A stretch of 64,000 nucleotides of DNA from Vulcanimicrobiota bacterium (GCA_050250895.1 JBFWNU010000001.1:3616149-3680148); one strand, 5' to 3'; positions 36,535 through 46,723 are shown, counted from the stretch's first letter. Made by a program: numbers and translations. The notes: generated by a model not told the origin, from the sequence alone.

Positions 36535-38334
36535 TTAGCGCACCACCGACTTGATCTTCTCCATATAGCCGGCAGCCATGCCGCGCATGGAGGCGACCAC
36601 CGTGTTCCAGGCGTCCGGGTCGCCCTTGAGCAGAGCCTTGCCGTAGGATACCGATTGGTTGAGGTTGATGTGCGGGGGCAGGGGAGGGACGTTGGGATCG
36701 GTGAGGGCGTCGACCACCACCGGGCGGTCGGCGGCAAAGGCCTGCTTCCAGCTCTTCTTGATCTGGTCGGTCTTCTCGATCCGGATACCGCGCAGACCGA
36801 GCTGTTCGGCAAATTCGGCGTAGTTGAGCGGGGGTAGACTCTGCGAGCCCTCGAACTTGGGGTCACCTTCCATGACGCGTTGCTCCCAGGTGACCTGATT
36901 GAGGTCCCGGTTGTTGAGCACCAGGATGAGCAAACGGGGATCCTGCCAATCCTGCCAGAGGCGCGAGATGGTAATCAATCCATTGAGGCCGTTCATCTGC
37001 ATGGCTCCATCGCCGACGCAGGCGATCACCGGGCGTTCGGGATAGGCCAGCTTGGCGGCGATCGCGTAAGGGACTCCGGGGCCCATGGTGGCCAGGCCCC
37101 CCGAGAGCGAGGCCAGCATGCCTTCCTTGACCTTGAGATCCCGGGCGAACCAGTTGGCTGCCGAGCCCGAGTCACAGGTGAGGACGCAGTCGTCAGGAAG
37201 GTGGGGAGACAGTTCCCAAAAGACTCTTTGAGGATTGGTGGGCTGGCCATCTTGCATGGCCCGCGACTCGACCGTATTCCACCAGGTCTTGACCGACTTC
37301 TCGATGCGCTGGCGCCAGCTGTGATCGGACCTGGCGGTCAGCATCGGCAATAGGGCCTGAAGGGTCTGGCGCGAGTCGCCGTGCAGGTTGACTTCCATCG
37401 GGTAGCGCAGCCCGACGTGGCGAGGTTTGATGTCGATCTGGACTCCGCGAGCCTGGCCTTCGGGGGGAAGGAATTCGGAGTAGGGGAAGTTCGTGCCGAT
37501 CATCAGCAGGGTGTCACACTCCATCATCAGGTCCCAGCTGGGGCGAGTGCCCAGCAATCCGATGGCTCCGGTGACCCAGGGCAGATAGTCCGAGAGGACG
37601 GCTTTGCCCAGCAACGACTTGGCCACTCCGGCGCCGAGACGTTCAGCCACCTGAATGACCTCGTCGCTGGCTCCCAGTGCGCCCGCCCCCACTAGCATAG
37701 CCACCTTCTTGCCGCTGTTGAGCACTTCGGCGGCGCGCTGCAGATCGCTCTGGTAGGGTATGATGCGAGGCCGAGCGTAGCCGATGCCACTGAACGTCGC
37801 GCCGTGAGCGCGGGGTGGGTCTTGCATCGGCTGCCCCTGCAGGTCGTTGGGCACGATGATGCAGGTCACGGTTCGCTCGGCCCAGGCGATGCGCACGGCC
37901 TGATCGATGAGCGTGCGAATCTGGGAGGGCGTGTGGCACATATGGACATAGTGATGCGCTACGTCCTTGAAGAGCGAGATCAGGTCGACCTCTTGCTGAT
38001 AGTCAGACCCCATGGCCGTGGTTGCCTGCTGGCCCACGATGGCCACCACCGGCATGTTGTCTTTTTTGGCATCGTAAAGACCGTTCAGCAGATGGATGGC
38101 GCCCGGGCCAGAGGTGGCCAGACACACGCCGACTTCGCCGGTGAATTTGGCGTGGGCGCAGGCCATAAAGGCAGCCAGCTCTTCGTGGCGCGTTTGCACG
38201 AAACTCAGTAAGTCTTCATGCCGGTCAAGGGCTCCGACGATGCCGTTGATACCATCGCCGGGGTAGCCGAAGATACGGCGCACGCCCCATTGATGCAATC
38301 TTTTGATAATGAAATCTCCAACTGTATCACTCAT
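36535..38334 (-). CDS. Thiamine pyrophosphate-requiring enzyme (pyruvate oxidase/PoxB-like)
   Basis: FGYPGDGING, RHEE.AAFMA, TSGPGAIHLLNGLYDA, GDGAMQMNG...NN. Confidence 0.95.
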   Translation of the reverse strand: MSDTVGDFIIKRLHQWGVRRIFGYPGDGINGIVGALDRHEDLLSFVQTRHEELAAFMACAHAKFTGEVGVCLATSGPGAIHLLNGLYDAKKDNMPVVAIVGQQATTAMGSDYQQEVDLISLFKDVAHHYVHMCHTPSQIRTLIDQAVRIAWAERTVTCIIVPNDLQGQPMQDPPRAHGATFSGIGYARPRIIPYQSDLQRAAEVLNSGKKVAMLVGAGALGASDEVIQVAERLGAGVAKSLLGKAVLSDYLPWVTGAIGLLGTRPSWDLMMECDTLLMIGTNFPYSEFLPPEGQARGVQIDIKPRHVGLRYPMEVNLHGDSRQTLQALLPMLTARSDHSWRQRIEKSVKTWWNTVESRAMQDGQPTNPQRVFWELSPHLPDDCVLTCDSGSAANWFARDLKVKEGMLASLSGGLATMGPGVPYAIAAKLAYPERPVIACVGDGAMQMNGLNGLITISRLWQDWQDPRLLILVLNNRDLNQVTWEQRVMEGDPKFEGSQSLPPLNYAEFAEQLGLRGIRIEKTDQIKKSWKQAFAADRPVVVDALTDPNVPPLPPHINLNQSVSYGKALLKGDPDAWNTVVASMRGMAAGYMEKIKSVVR

Positions 38335-38341
38335 GCCTTTC

Positions 38342-38398
38342 AGCCTGGCACCGATGCCGTCAGCCCACAACCCCAGGGGGTATCCAGCCAGCCTATCC
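38342..38398 (-). promoter_or_regulatory. Putative regulon promoter (GGAT-N11-ATAC + CAGGCT -10)
   Basis: Box 38380-38398, -10 38342-38347, gap 32 bp, ATG 7 nt after the -10. Confidence 0.7.
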
Positions 38399-38427
38399 TC
38401 TGGTTCTGGATCCGACGGTCAACCCTG

Positions 38428-38485
38428 GTATGCCCTGCCCTAACCCGGTTGGGTGTTGGCTCGCGGGCTTCGCGGTTCCTACGAT
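38428..38485 (+). promoter_or_regulatory. Putative regulon promoter (degenerate GTAT-N11-ACCC + TACGAT -10)
   Basis: Box 38428-38446, -10 38480-38485, gap 33 bp. Confidence 0.55.
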
Positions 38486-38509
38486 GAGCAGACGGAAGGA
38501 GCTGCACCT

Positions 38510-39550
38510 ATGAGTCAAGTGGTAGTCATTACCGGAGCGAGCGCCGGAGTAGGCCGGGCCACCGCCCGCCGCTTCGCCCGGGACGGGGCCCGTCTGGGGC
38601 TCTTGGCGCGCGGCCAAGTGGGACTCGAGGCTACTCGGCGGGAGGTAGAGGAATTGGGAGGGCAAGCCCTGGCGATTTCCACCGACGTTGCCGATTATGC
38701 CCAGGTCAAGCATGCCGCCGAACAGATCGAGGAGCGATTCGGTCCTATCGACGTCTGGATCAATAACGCCATGGTCACCGTCTTCTCGCCCGTCAAGAAG
38801 ATGCAGGCGGAAGAATTTCGCAGGGTCACCGAGGTGACTTACCTCGGCGCCGTTCACGGCACGATGGTGGCCCTCGAGCACATGCAAAAGCGGGACCAGG
38901 GCGTGATCCTCCAGGTTGGCTCCGTTCTGGCCTATCGAGCCATTCCTTTGCAGTCAGCCTATTGCGGGGCCAAGCATGCCATCCAGGGTTTCAGCGAATC
39001 GTTGCGCTCGGAGTTGATGCACGACGATAGCGGTATCAGTCTCTCGATGGTGCAGCTTCCGGCCTTGAACACGCCGCAGTTCGAATGGTCGCGTAACAAG
39101 ATGGGTCAGAAGGCGCAGCCGGTTCCTCCGATCTATGAGCCCGAGGTGGCCGCCGAGGCGATTCACTGGGCCGTCAGCGAGACCCCCCGCGAAATGAGCG
39201 TGGGAATGCGTTCGAGTCTCATCTTGAACCTCAACAAATTCTTTCCCGGTGTGGGTGACAGGTACCTGGCCGAGAACGGCTACAGTTCTCAGATGCGCGA
39301 GGAACCGAGCGATCCCGAGCGAGCTGACAATCTTTTCGCGCCCATCGAACGGGACGCTGGCGCCAGAGGGCCTTTCAGTGACCGGGCGCGGGCCAGCAGC
39401 CGCCAACTGTGGGTCAGCTCTCACAAAGGCTTGCTGATGGCCGCCGCTGGCGCCCTGGCGGCCGGCACTCTGCTGGCCATCAAAGGCAAAAATGGAAAAG
39501 GAGAAGAGCTTCCTGATACCCGCTCGCCCGAAGCTCATCGAATACCATGA
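38510..39550 (+). CDS. SDR family oxidoreductase
   Basis: TGASAGVG, IDVWINNA, YCGAK, NTPQF; AAGGAG RBS before ATG 38510. Confidence 0.95.
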   Translation: MSQVVVITGASAGVGRATARRFARDGARLGLLARGQVGLEATRREVEELGGQALAISTDVADYAQVKHAAEQIEERFGPIDVWINNAMVTVFSPVKKMQAEEFRRVTEVTYLGAVHGTMVALEHMQKRDQGVILQVGSVLAYRAIPLQSAYCGAKHAIQGFSESLRSELMHDDSGISLSMVQLPALNTPQFEWSRNKMGQKAQPVPPIYEPEVAAEAIHWAVSETPREMSVGMRSSLILNLNKFFPGVGDRYLAENGYSSQMREEPSDPERADNLFAPIERDAGARGPFSDRARASSRQLWVSSHKGLLMAAAGALAAGTLLAIKGKNGKGEELPDTRSPEAHRIP

Positions 39551-39921
39551 ACAACCCCCCAGGCAAGCAGCTGTGGGCCCTGGCCGAAGGCTACATTCCC
39601 GAGTGGAGCCACGGACCCAAGCCCGAACTCGAGAGCCACGGTACCATCTGCGTGCTCAACGCCGGTGACGAGCAAGCCGAATTGGAACTGACCATCTACT
39701 TTGCCGACCGGGAGCCGGCAGGTCCCTACCGGATGACGGTGGCGCCTCGGCGCACCCAGCATATTCGCTTCAATGAACTAAGCGACCCGGAGACGATTCC
39801 CAAAGGCAAGGATTTTGCCAGCGTGCTGTGTTCGCAGGTGCCGGTAGTGGTTCAGCACACGCGCATCGACACTCGCCAGGCCGAAGCCGCCTTGATGTCC
39901 ACCATCGGCTACAGTCAGTGA
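39547..39921 (+). CDS. Anabaena sensory rhodopsin transducer (ASRT) family protein
   Basis: WALAEGYIP, SH..ICVLN, TIYFADREP.GPY, RRT.HIRFN.L.DPE.IP, PVVVQHTRIDTRQAE.AL. Confidence 0.9.
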   Translation: MNNPPGKQLWALAEGYIPEWSHGPKPELESHGTICVLNAGDEQAELELTIYFADREPAGPYRMTVAPRRTQHIRFNELSDPETIPKGKDFASVLCSQVPVVVQHTRIDTRQAEAALMSTIGYSQ

Positions 39922-41006
39922 GGATCGAAAATCTACGGGTGGGAGCCTATCAGGTTCCTACCGATGCGCCCGAGTCGGACGGAACCCTGAAGTGGGACTC
40001 CACCACTCTGGTGCTGGTGCGTCTGGATTGCCAGGAGCATACCGGTCTTGGCTATAGCTACGCGCACGCCTCGGTCGCCAGCCTGATCCACTCGAAGTTG
40101 CGCCCGGTGGTCGAGGGCCGGGACCCTTTCGAGGGGCCGGCCCTCTGGTTGGAGATGCTCGACTGTCTGCGCAATCTGGGAAGGCCGGGCCTGACATCTT
40201 ATGGCGTGGCCGCCGTCGATGTGGCGCTTTGGGACCTCAAAGCTCGTTTGCTGGGGTTGCCGCTGGTCGACCTGTTAGGCCGCGCCCGGAGCTCTATCCC
40301 AATCTATGGCTCGGGTGGCTTTACCTCGTATGACCTGGTCAGGTTGCGTGAGCAACTCTCGGGCTGGGTCGATGAGGGCATCTCGATGGTCAAGATGAAG
40401 GTCGGTCGCCACCCCGAAGATGATCCCGAGCGAGTGCGGGTGGCGCGCCAGGCCATCGGAGACGGGCCCGACCTGTTCGTCGATGCCAACGGCGGCTACC
40501 GGCGCAAGCAGGCTCTCGAACTAGCCCGCCGCTTTCACGAAGAGGCGGGGGTAAGCTGGTTTGAAGAGCCCGTTCCCTCAGATGATCTGGCTGGCCTGCG
40601 GCTGATACGCGATCGGGGCCCGGCGGGCCTCGATGTGACCGCTGGCGAGTATGGGTATCGGCTCGTCTATTTCCGGCGCATGCTCGAAGCCGGAGCGGTC
40701 GACGTGATGCAGGCCGATGCCACTCGGTGTGCGGGGGTGACCGGATTTCTGCAGGTGGCCGCCCTTTGCAGAGCTTTCCAGGTGCCCCTCTCGGCGCACT
40801 GCGCGCCCACCCTGCACGCCAGTGTCTGCTGCGCCTGTCTGCCGGTTTGTCACCTGGAGTATTTTCATGATCACGTGCGCATCGAGCAGATGCTGTTCGA
40901 CGGGGTGCCCGCCCTGCGCCAGGGCGGCCTGGTGCCGGCTCTGGATCGACCCGGCCTGGGCATCGAGTTTCGGGAGCGCGACGCCCAGCGCTTCGCGGTC
41001 AATTGA
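39918..41006 (+). CDS. Mandelate racemase/muconate lactonizing enzyme (enolase superfamily)
   Basis: PESDGT, DVALWDLKA, KMKVG, VDANG, WFEEP, GEYG, SAHC; GTG 39918. Confidence 0.93.
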   Translation: MRIENLRVGAYQVPTDAPESDGTLKWDSTTLVLVRLDCQEHTGLGYSYAHASVASLIHSKLRPVVEGRDPFEGPALWLEMLDCLRNLGRPGLTSYGVAAVDVALWDLKARLLGLPLVDLLGRARSSIPIYGSGGFTSYDLVRLREQLSGWVDEGISMVKMKVGRHPEDDPERVRVARQAIGDGPDLFVDANGGYRRKQALELARRFHEEAGVSWFEEPVPSDDLAGLRLIRDRGPAGLDVTAGEYGYRLVYFRRMLEAGAVDVMQADATRCAGVTGFLQVAALCRAFQVPLSAHCAPTLHASVCCACLPVCHLEYFHDHVRIEQMLFDGVPALRQGGLVPALDRPGLGIEFRERDAQRFAVN

Positions 41007-41018
41007 GAGGAGAACGAC

Positions 41019-44000
41019 GTGCTAGAATTGAGGACGACCGAAGGCCGCCGAGGCCGCTTTCAGGGAGACCGCCAGCAGCTGGGTCGGGCTCTGGCCGCCA
41101 AGGTGCGGGGGGAGGTCGCGTTCGACGATGGTTACCGGGCCCTTTACGCCACCGACGGGTCCAACTATCGACAGGTGCCGCTGGGAGTCGTCTTTCCTCG
41201 AGATGGCGAGGACGTGATGGCCGCCATCGCGGTGGCCAGGGACCTGGGCGCGCCGATCCTCTGCCGAGGGGGAGGCACCAGTCTAGCCGGGCAGTGCTGT
41301 AATACCGCAGTCATACTGGACATGAGTCGCCATATGAATCGCATCCTCGAGATCGACCCGGACCGCAAACTGGCCAGGGTCCAGCCAGGCGTGGTACTGG
41401 ACCAGTTTCGCAAGCAGGCCGAGCCGATGGGGGTGACCTTTGGGCCCGATCCCTCCACTCACGGCTGGTGCACCTTCGGCGGCATGATTGGCAATGATTC
41501 CTGCGGAATCCATTCGCTTGAAGCCGGCCGCACGGTCGACAATGTCCACGCCCTCGAGATAGCTACCTACCCGGGCTTGCAGATGACCGCCCGCCAGCTG
41601 GATGGCGACGAGCTGGCTCGACTCTGCCAGGGAGGCGGTGCCGAGTCCGAAGTCTATCGACGCCTTAAAGGGCTGCGCGATGGCGTGGCGGAGGAGGTCC
41701 GCAAGCGCTATCCCGATATCCCTCGTCGGGTCTCTGGATTCAATCTCGACGAGCTCTTGCCCGAGAACGGGTTTCACCTGGCTCGGGCGCTGGTGGGCAG
41801 CGAAGGAACCTGCGTCAACATTCTCGAGGCCACGGTCGACCTGATTCACTATCATCCCCACCGAACGGTGCTGGTGCTCGGCTATCGCGACATCTACGAA
41901 GCGGCCGATCATATCGAGGATGTGCTCAAACACAAGCCGATCGGGTTAGAGGGGATCGATCACAAGCTGTTGAGCTTTATGAAGCGCAAAGATCTTCACT
42001 ATGAAGACGCGGCTCTGCTGCCGGACGGCGAAGGTTGGCTGCTGATCGAGTTCGGAGCCGACACCAAAGCCGAAGCCAACGAACGAGCCCATCAGGCGAA
42101 GAAGGAACTTTGCGACGAGGGGGGGCCTTCGGGAGTCGTCTATGAGGACAAGTCAGACCAGGACGTGGTCTGGGAGATTCGTGAATCAGGATTGGGCGCC
42201 ACCGCCAAGGTCCCTGCCTATCCCGTCACTCACCCTGGTTGGGAAGATGCAGCCGTCCCCCCCCTCAAGGAGGGCCCGTATCTGCGGGACTTCCGCGAGT
42301 TGCTCGACAACTACGGCTACGACTGTGCTCTTTATGGCCATTTCGGCCAGGGATGTATCCACTGTCGTATCGATTTCGACCTGCGCACTCGGGACGGCAT
42401 CGACCGCTACAAAAGTTTTGCCAGCGATGCCGCCGACCTGGTACTGTCCTACGGCGGCTCGCTGTCAGGGGAGCACGGCGACGGCCAGGCCAGAGGCTGG
42501 TTGCTCGAGCGGATGTACGGCCGGCGGTTGGTAGAGGCCTTTCGCGAGTTCAAATCGATCTGGGATCCGGAATGGAAGATGAACCCGGGCAAGGTCGTCG
42601 ATGCCGATGGCCCCGATGAAAATCTGCGCCTGGGAGTCGACTACCGACCCGCCCTGCCAGAAACCTATTTCCGTTTTCCCCAGGACCAATACAGCTTCGC
42701 CGAGACCACTACCCGCTGCGTGGGTGTGGGCAAGTGCCGGCGTGAAGAAGGTGGCACCATGTGTCCGAGTTATATGGTCACTCGCGACGAGAAGCATACC
42801 ACCCGCGGTCGAGCCCATCTGCTCTTCGAGATGCTTCAGGGCGAAGAGATCGACAAGATGTGGCAGAGTGAAGAGGTGAAAGAGTCGCTGGACCTGTGCC
42901 TTGCTTGCAAAGGATGCAAGTCGGATTGCCCGGTGAGTGTGGACATGGCCACTTACAAGGCCGAATTCCTGGCCCACTATTATGAGCACCACCGGCGTCC
43001 GCGCCCGGCCTACGCCTTCGGTTTCATCATGTATTGGGCCCGGATGGCAGCCTTTGCGCCCTGGCTGGCCAATCTGCTGACGCGCATTCCCGGGCTGCCC
43101 AAATTGGCGGCCGGTATCGCCTCGCAGCGAGACATACCCAGGTTTGCCGGAGAGCCCTTCACCGATTGGTTTCGACGTCAGCCTCTTCGGGCGGTAGGCC
43201 AGACCAGAGTCATTCTGTGGCCCGACACCTTCAACAATTACTTCCATCCCGAGATTCTCAAAGCCGGCCTCGAGGTGCTCGAGCATGCGGGTTACCACGT
43301 GGTCATACCGGCTGCCACGCTCTGTTGCGGTAGACCGCTCTACGACTATGGGTTGCTCACTCATGCCCGGCGCTTGTTGCGACAAATCCTGGACAGTCTG
43401 CGAGACGAGATTCGGGCCGGCACCCACGTGGTCGGGCTCGAGCCGAGTTGCGTGGCCACCTTTCGCGACGAGCTGGTGAACCTGTTTCCGCACGACGAAG
43501 ACGCGCGGCGGTTGGCTCACCAGACCTTCACCCTGGCCGAAGCTCTGCAGCAAACCGAGGGCTACGAGCCGCCCCGGTTGCATCGCAAAGCCCTGCTCCA
43601 CGGTCATTGTCATCACAAGTCGATTATGGGACTGCGGCAAGAGAGAAAGTTGCTCGAGCGGATGGGCCTGGACTTCGAGATCCTCGATAGTGGCTGCTGC
43701 GGTATGGCGGGCGGGTTCGGCTTCGAGGAGGAGAAATACGAGCTGTCGATAGCCTGTGGCGAACGCGCCCTGCTGCCTCGGGTGCGCCAGGCCGACGACG
43801 ACACGCTCTTGCTGGCCGACGGTTTTAGCTGCCAGGAACAGGTGTGCCAGACCACCTCGCGCCGGCCCTTGCATCTGGCTCAGGTGCTGCAGATGGCCCT
43901 GCGTGAGGGGCCTGACGGACCCGCCGGCGGGCGTCCCGAACGTCACTATCCCCGGGCCCGCTACCAGGCTGGTCCGCGCCAGCTGCTGGTGGCCGGAGGG

Positions 44001-44066
44001 TTGGTCGCCCTCGGGTGGTGGTTGGCTCGCAACCTGAGGATGCGCGCCCGAGATACCGAGGCCTGA
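41019..44066 (+). CDS. FAD-binding and Fe-S-binding oxidoreductase (YdiJ/GlcD-GlcF-like fusion)
   Basis: RGGGTSLAGQ, GSEGT, SGEHGDG, CVGVGKC...MCPS, CLACKGCKSDCP, CCG domains. Confidence 0.95.
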   Translation: MLELRTTEGRRGRFQGDRQQLGRALAAKVRGEVAFDDGYRALYATDGSNYRQVPLGVVFPRDGEDVMAAIAVARDLGAPILCRGGGTSLAGQCCNTAVILDMSRHMNRILEIDPDRKLARVQPGVVLDQFRKQAEPMGVTFGPDPSTHGWCTFGGMIGNDSCGIHSLEAGRTVDNVHALEIATYPGLQMTARQLDGDELARLCQGGGAESEVYRRLKGLRDGVAEEVRKRYPDIPRRVSGFNLDELLPENGFHLARALVGSEGTCVNILEATVDLIHYHPHRTVLVLGYRDIYEAADHIEDVLKHKPIGLEGIDHKLLSFMKRKDLHYEDAALLPDGEGWLLIEFGADTKAEANERAHQAKKELCDEGGPSGVVYEDKSDQDVVWEIRESGLGATAKVPAYPVTHPGWEDAAVPPLKEGPYLRDFRELLDNYGYDCALYGHFGQGCIHCRIDFDLRTRDGIDRYKSFASDAADLVLSYGGSLSGEHGDGQARGWLLERMYGRRLVEAFREFKSIWDPEWKMNPGKVVDADGPDENLRLGVDYRPALPETYFRFPQDQYSFAETTTRCVGVGKCRREEGGTMCPSYMVTRDEKHTTRGRAHLLFEMLQGEEIDKMWQSEEVKESLDLCLACKGCKSDCPVSVDMATYKAEFLAHYYEHHRRPRPAYAFGFIMYWARMAAFAPWLANLLTRIPGLPKLAAGIASQRDIPRFAGEPFTDWFRRQPLRAVGQTRVILWPDTFNNYFHPEILKAGLEVLEHAGYHVVIPAATLCCGRPLYDYGLLTHARRLLRQILDSLRDEIRAGTHVVGLEPSCVATFRDELVNLFPHDEDARRLAHQTFTLAEALQQTEGYEPPRLHRKALLHGHCHHKSIMGLRQERKLLERMGLDFEILDSGCCGMAGGFGFEEEKYELSIACGERALLPRVRQADDDTLLLADGFSCQEQVCQTTSRRPLHLAQVLQMALREGPDGPAGGRPERHYPRARYQAGPRQLLVAGGLVALGWWLARNLRMRARDTEA

Positions 44067-44094
44067 TGGCCTCGCGTGGTTCCCGCCCTAGACT
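44038..44094 (+). promoter_or_regulatory. Putative regulon promoter (GGAT-N11-ATAC + TAGACT -10)
   Basis: Box 44038-44056 inside the upstream gene's 3' end, -10 44089-44094, gap 32 bp; found by predicting its position from the -10. Confidence 0.7.
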
Positions 44095-44126
44095 GGAAAC
44101 ACATCAACTGAAAGGAGGCTATTTCT

Positions 44127-44660
44127 ATGAGGAGATTAGCCATGATTTTAACGGAAGGCTTCGAAGACTCGGAGGCCAACGAACCGCTGCAGCACTTGCG
44201 GGGCCAGGGTTTCGAGATCAGCATCATTTCGCCCAAGAAAGACCACGAGTACGAAGGCAAGTCGGGCGAGGTCAAGCTGCGCTCGGACCAGGCCATCAAG
44301 AACTCCAACCCGGCAGACTTTCAGGGCCTGATCATTCCGGGCGGACACTCGCCCGAGAAGCTGCGCCTGGAAGACGGCGCGGTGGACTTCGTCAAGCACT
44401 TTGTCGACAACCAGAAGCCGATCGCTTCGATCTGCCATGGCGCCCAGCTGTTGATTTCGGCTGACGGGGTCAAAGGGCGAAAGATGACGTGCTATAAAGC
44501 AGTGGCCGTCGACCTGAAGAACGCTGGGGCCAACTATGTGGATCAGGCCGTGGTTGAAGATGGCAACATCGTGACTTCGCGACAGCCTGACGACCTGCCC
44601 CAGTTCTGCCAGGCGGCCACTCGCCTGTTCAGTCGCCAACCCGCCGCCTCACGCCATTAA
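44127..44660 (+). CDS. pfpI: PfpI/YhbO (DJ-1 family) deglycase/protease
   Basis: GFEDSE, IPGG.SP..LR, SICHG.QLL, DGNIVTSR.PDDLP.F. Confidence 0.93.
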   Translation: MRRLAMILTEGFEDSEANEPLQHLRGQGFEISIISPKKDHEYEGKSGEVKLRSDQAIKNSNPADFQGLIIPGGHSPEKLRLEDGAVDFVKHFVDNQKPIASICHGAQLLISADGVKGRKMTCYKAVAVDLKNAGANYVDQAVVEDGNIVTSRQPDDLPQFCQAATRLFSRQPAASRH

Positions 44661-44680
44661 GAAGGTTTAGCAAGAAACAC

Positions 44681-44717
44681 AAAGGCCGAGGCCCCCGCGA
44701 GGGCCTCGGCCTGTTTT
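44681..44717. terminator. Likely bidirectional Rho-independent terminator
   Basis: AGGCCGAGGCCC-loop-GGGCCTCGGCCT flanked by A-rich and T-rich runs between convergent genes. Confidence 0.8.
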
Positions 44718-44731
44718 GGGTGACTGACTGA

Positions 44732-45241
44732 CTAACGGCTGGCCTGAGAAGTCTGGATCTCTTTGACTTTGGCCAGGTGGGTGTTGAGGACGGGGGCGGT
44801 GTGGCTGAAGTAATCACGCAGGCTTTCGTGGGGGGCCGATTTGGCCTGTTGATTGTAGAAGTCGATGTCCTTTTGATGAGCTTTGGCCATGGCTTTGATA
44901 TATTCGCGGTCGAATTCTTCGCCCTGCAGGCTCGACAGACGGGCGTGGAGGTCCTTGTGCGCTTTGGTCTTGCCTTCGTTGAGCTTGACTCCGTGTTCTT
45001 TGGCCAGCTGCTTGACCGTCTCGTTGGCCTCGCGATGATCGTCGATGATGCGGCCGGCCAGTTGTTGGACCTCTTTGTCGTTGCTCTTCTTGAGGGCCAG
45101 ATTGGCCAACTCGATTTCGGCCCGGTTGCCTTCGTCGGCCTTGTGGATCAGCTTCTCGGTGGACAGGTGGGTATCGTCGGCCGCGGCCGCCCAAAACGGC
45201 ATGACGAGGGCGAGACAAACCAGGATGTAATGAACTCTCAT
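44732..45241 (-). CDS. DUF4142 domain secreted protein
   Basis: Signal peptide; AEIELANLA, V..LA..IIDDH, GEEFDREYIKAM..AHQK, P.L..HL. Confidence 0.9.
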   Translation of the reverse strand: MRVHYILVCLALVMPFWAAAADDTHLSTEKLIHKADEGNRAEIELANLALKKSNDKEVQQLAGRIIDDHREANETVKQLAKEHGVKLNEGKTKAHKDLHARLSSLQGEEFDREYIKAMAKAHQKDIDFYNQQAKSAPHESLRDYFSHTAPVLNTHLAKVKEIQTSQASR

Positions 45242-45266
45242 GATTCCTCTTTGATGGTGTGATCAT

Positions 45267-45323
45267 TTCCTAACGTACCCCCGCGACCTCGCCCACCGCC
45301 CTCGGGATTTCTCTATCCCATCC
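45267..45323 (-). promoter_or_regulatory. Putative regulon promoter (perfect GGAT-N11-ATCC; weak -10 TAGGAA)
   Basis: Box 45305-45323 (CGGGAT...ATCCCG); at a 32 bp gap lies TAGGAA. Confidence 0.6.
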
Positions 45324-46713
45324 CGGGGTTGGTCTCCTGGCTAGCCAGCTTCTCGAGCCAGACGATGGTGGTCTTTAGCTGTTGCTGGTCGAGGCCCGGG
45401 TGGATGGGGCACAGGCGCAGGACCGTCTGGCCCTCGACTCGGGTGGAACTGATGACGGCATAACCGTCCTGCCAGGAGGTTTGGACCAGCTGACCGTGCT
45501 GCTCGTCATCGAGGTCGGGATGGCGGAAGGTCACAATCCCCAGACTGGCCGGGGTCACCACTTGAAAACGGCTGGACGTCTCGAGGTAGTGCTGGGCGAA
45601 GCGAGCCATTTCGAGCCCGTGCTCGATGGCCTGGGCGAAGGTCTTGCGACCAAAGAGCTTGAGGGTGAACCAGAGCTTGAAAGCCTTGAACGAACGACTC
45701 AGTTGCAGGCCGTGATCGCTGAAATTGAAGCCGCCATCGAGGTCCTCCATATAGTCGGGACGAGCGTAGAAGGCCTCTTTGAGTAGCTGGCCCCGGCGAA
45801 CCATGATGCAGCCGGCTTCGAAGGGCTGGAACAACCATTTGTGAGCGTCAAGCGACAGCGAATCCGCTCGTTGGATGCCGGCCAGCAGGGCCCGTCCTTC
45901 CGGGCACAGCAGCGCACCCGCTCCATAGGCGCCATCGACGTGCAGCCAAAGCCCGTGGGATTGGCTCAGGTCGGCCAGTTCGTCGAGGGGGTCGATGGCG
46001 CCCGTGTTGGTAGTGCCGGCATTCGCGATGATACAAAAGGGCTGACATCCCTCGGTTCGATCCTTTTCCAGGCTCTCTTGGAGCGCGGACAGGTCGAGCC
46101 GGCCTCCCCGGCTTGGAAGCTCGCGCATCTGCTCGGGCTTGAATCCCAGCACGCGTAGGTCTTTCTTCAGCGAGCAATGGGTCTGGTCCGAGAAATAGAT
46201 CACACCCCCCGCCGGGGTTCTGCCCAATTGGTGATGGCGAGCCACGGTCAGCGCGGTCAGATTGGCGGCGCTGCCGCCGCTCACCACCATGCCTGCCGCC
46301 GTCTCGGGCAGGCCCGCCAGGTTCCGCAGCCAGTCGATGAGGACGATCTCCGCCGTGGTCGGCCCGCACGCCTCATGCCAGGCGCCCATAAACGGATTGA
46401 ACCCGGCCACCAGAGCCTCGAGCAGGGCCGAAACGGGGTTGGACGGTGAGGGTATAAACCCCATGAAGCGAGGATGATTGGAGTACATCATGTGGTTGAA
46501 GACCTTGTCACAGGCATCCGAGAACACCATCTCCAGGTCCTGGCCTTCTTCCGGTAAGGGCTCGGCCAGGAGTTGTCGCAACTGCTCGCCCGAGGCGAGA
46601 TTGCCGGCCTGAAGCTGGTCGAGACGCTGGTGATGAGCGAGGATCGTATCGACGATGCGATAACCCATGGCTCTCAGTTGTTGCTCCGGAAGAGAAAGGG
46701 GATGTGAGGACAT
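45313..46713 (-). CDS. PLP-dependent group II (aromatic-L-amino-acid-type) decarboxylase
   Basis: HPRFMGFIP, SGGSAANL, GTTNTGAIDP, WLHVDGAYG, DAHKWLF.P. Confidence 0.93.
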   Translation of the reverse strand: MSSHPLSLPEQQLRAMGYRIVDTILAHHQRLDQLQAGNLASGEQLRQLLAEPLPEEGQDLEMVFSDACDKVFNHMMYSNHPRFMGFIPSPSNPVSALLEALVAGFNPFMGAWHEACGPTTAEIVLIDWLRNLAGLPETAAGMVVSGGSAANLTALTVARHHQLGRTPAGGVIYFSDQTHCSLKKDLRVLGFKPEQMRELPSRGGRLDLSALQESLEKDRTEGCQPFCIIANAGTTNTGAIDPLDELADLSQSHGLWLHVDGAYGAGALLCPEGRALLAGIQRADSLSLDAHKWLFQPFEAGCIMVRRGQLLKEAFYARPDYMEDLDGGFNFSDHGLQLSRSFKAFKLWFTLKLFGRKTFAQAIEHGLEMARFAQHYLETSSRFQVVTPASLGIVTFRHPDLDDEQHGQLVQTSWQDGYAVISSTRVEGQTVLRLCPIHPGLDQQQLKTTIVWLEKLASQETNPGMG

Positions 46714-46723
46714 GGCACTTGTC

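Noticed and set aside
42465-43946. 493-aa minus-strand ORF and similar long antisense ORFs elsewhere
   Set aside because: Shadow ORFs of well-supported genes, expected from high-GC codon bias
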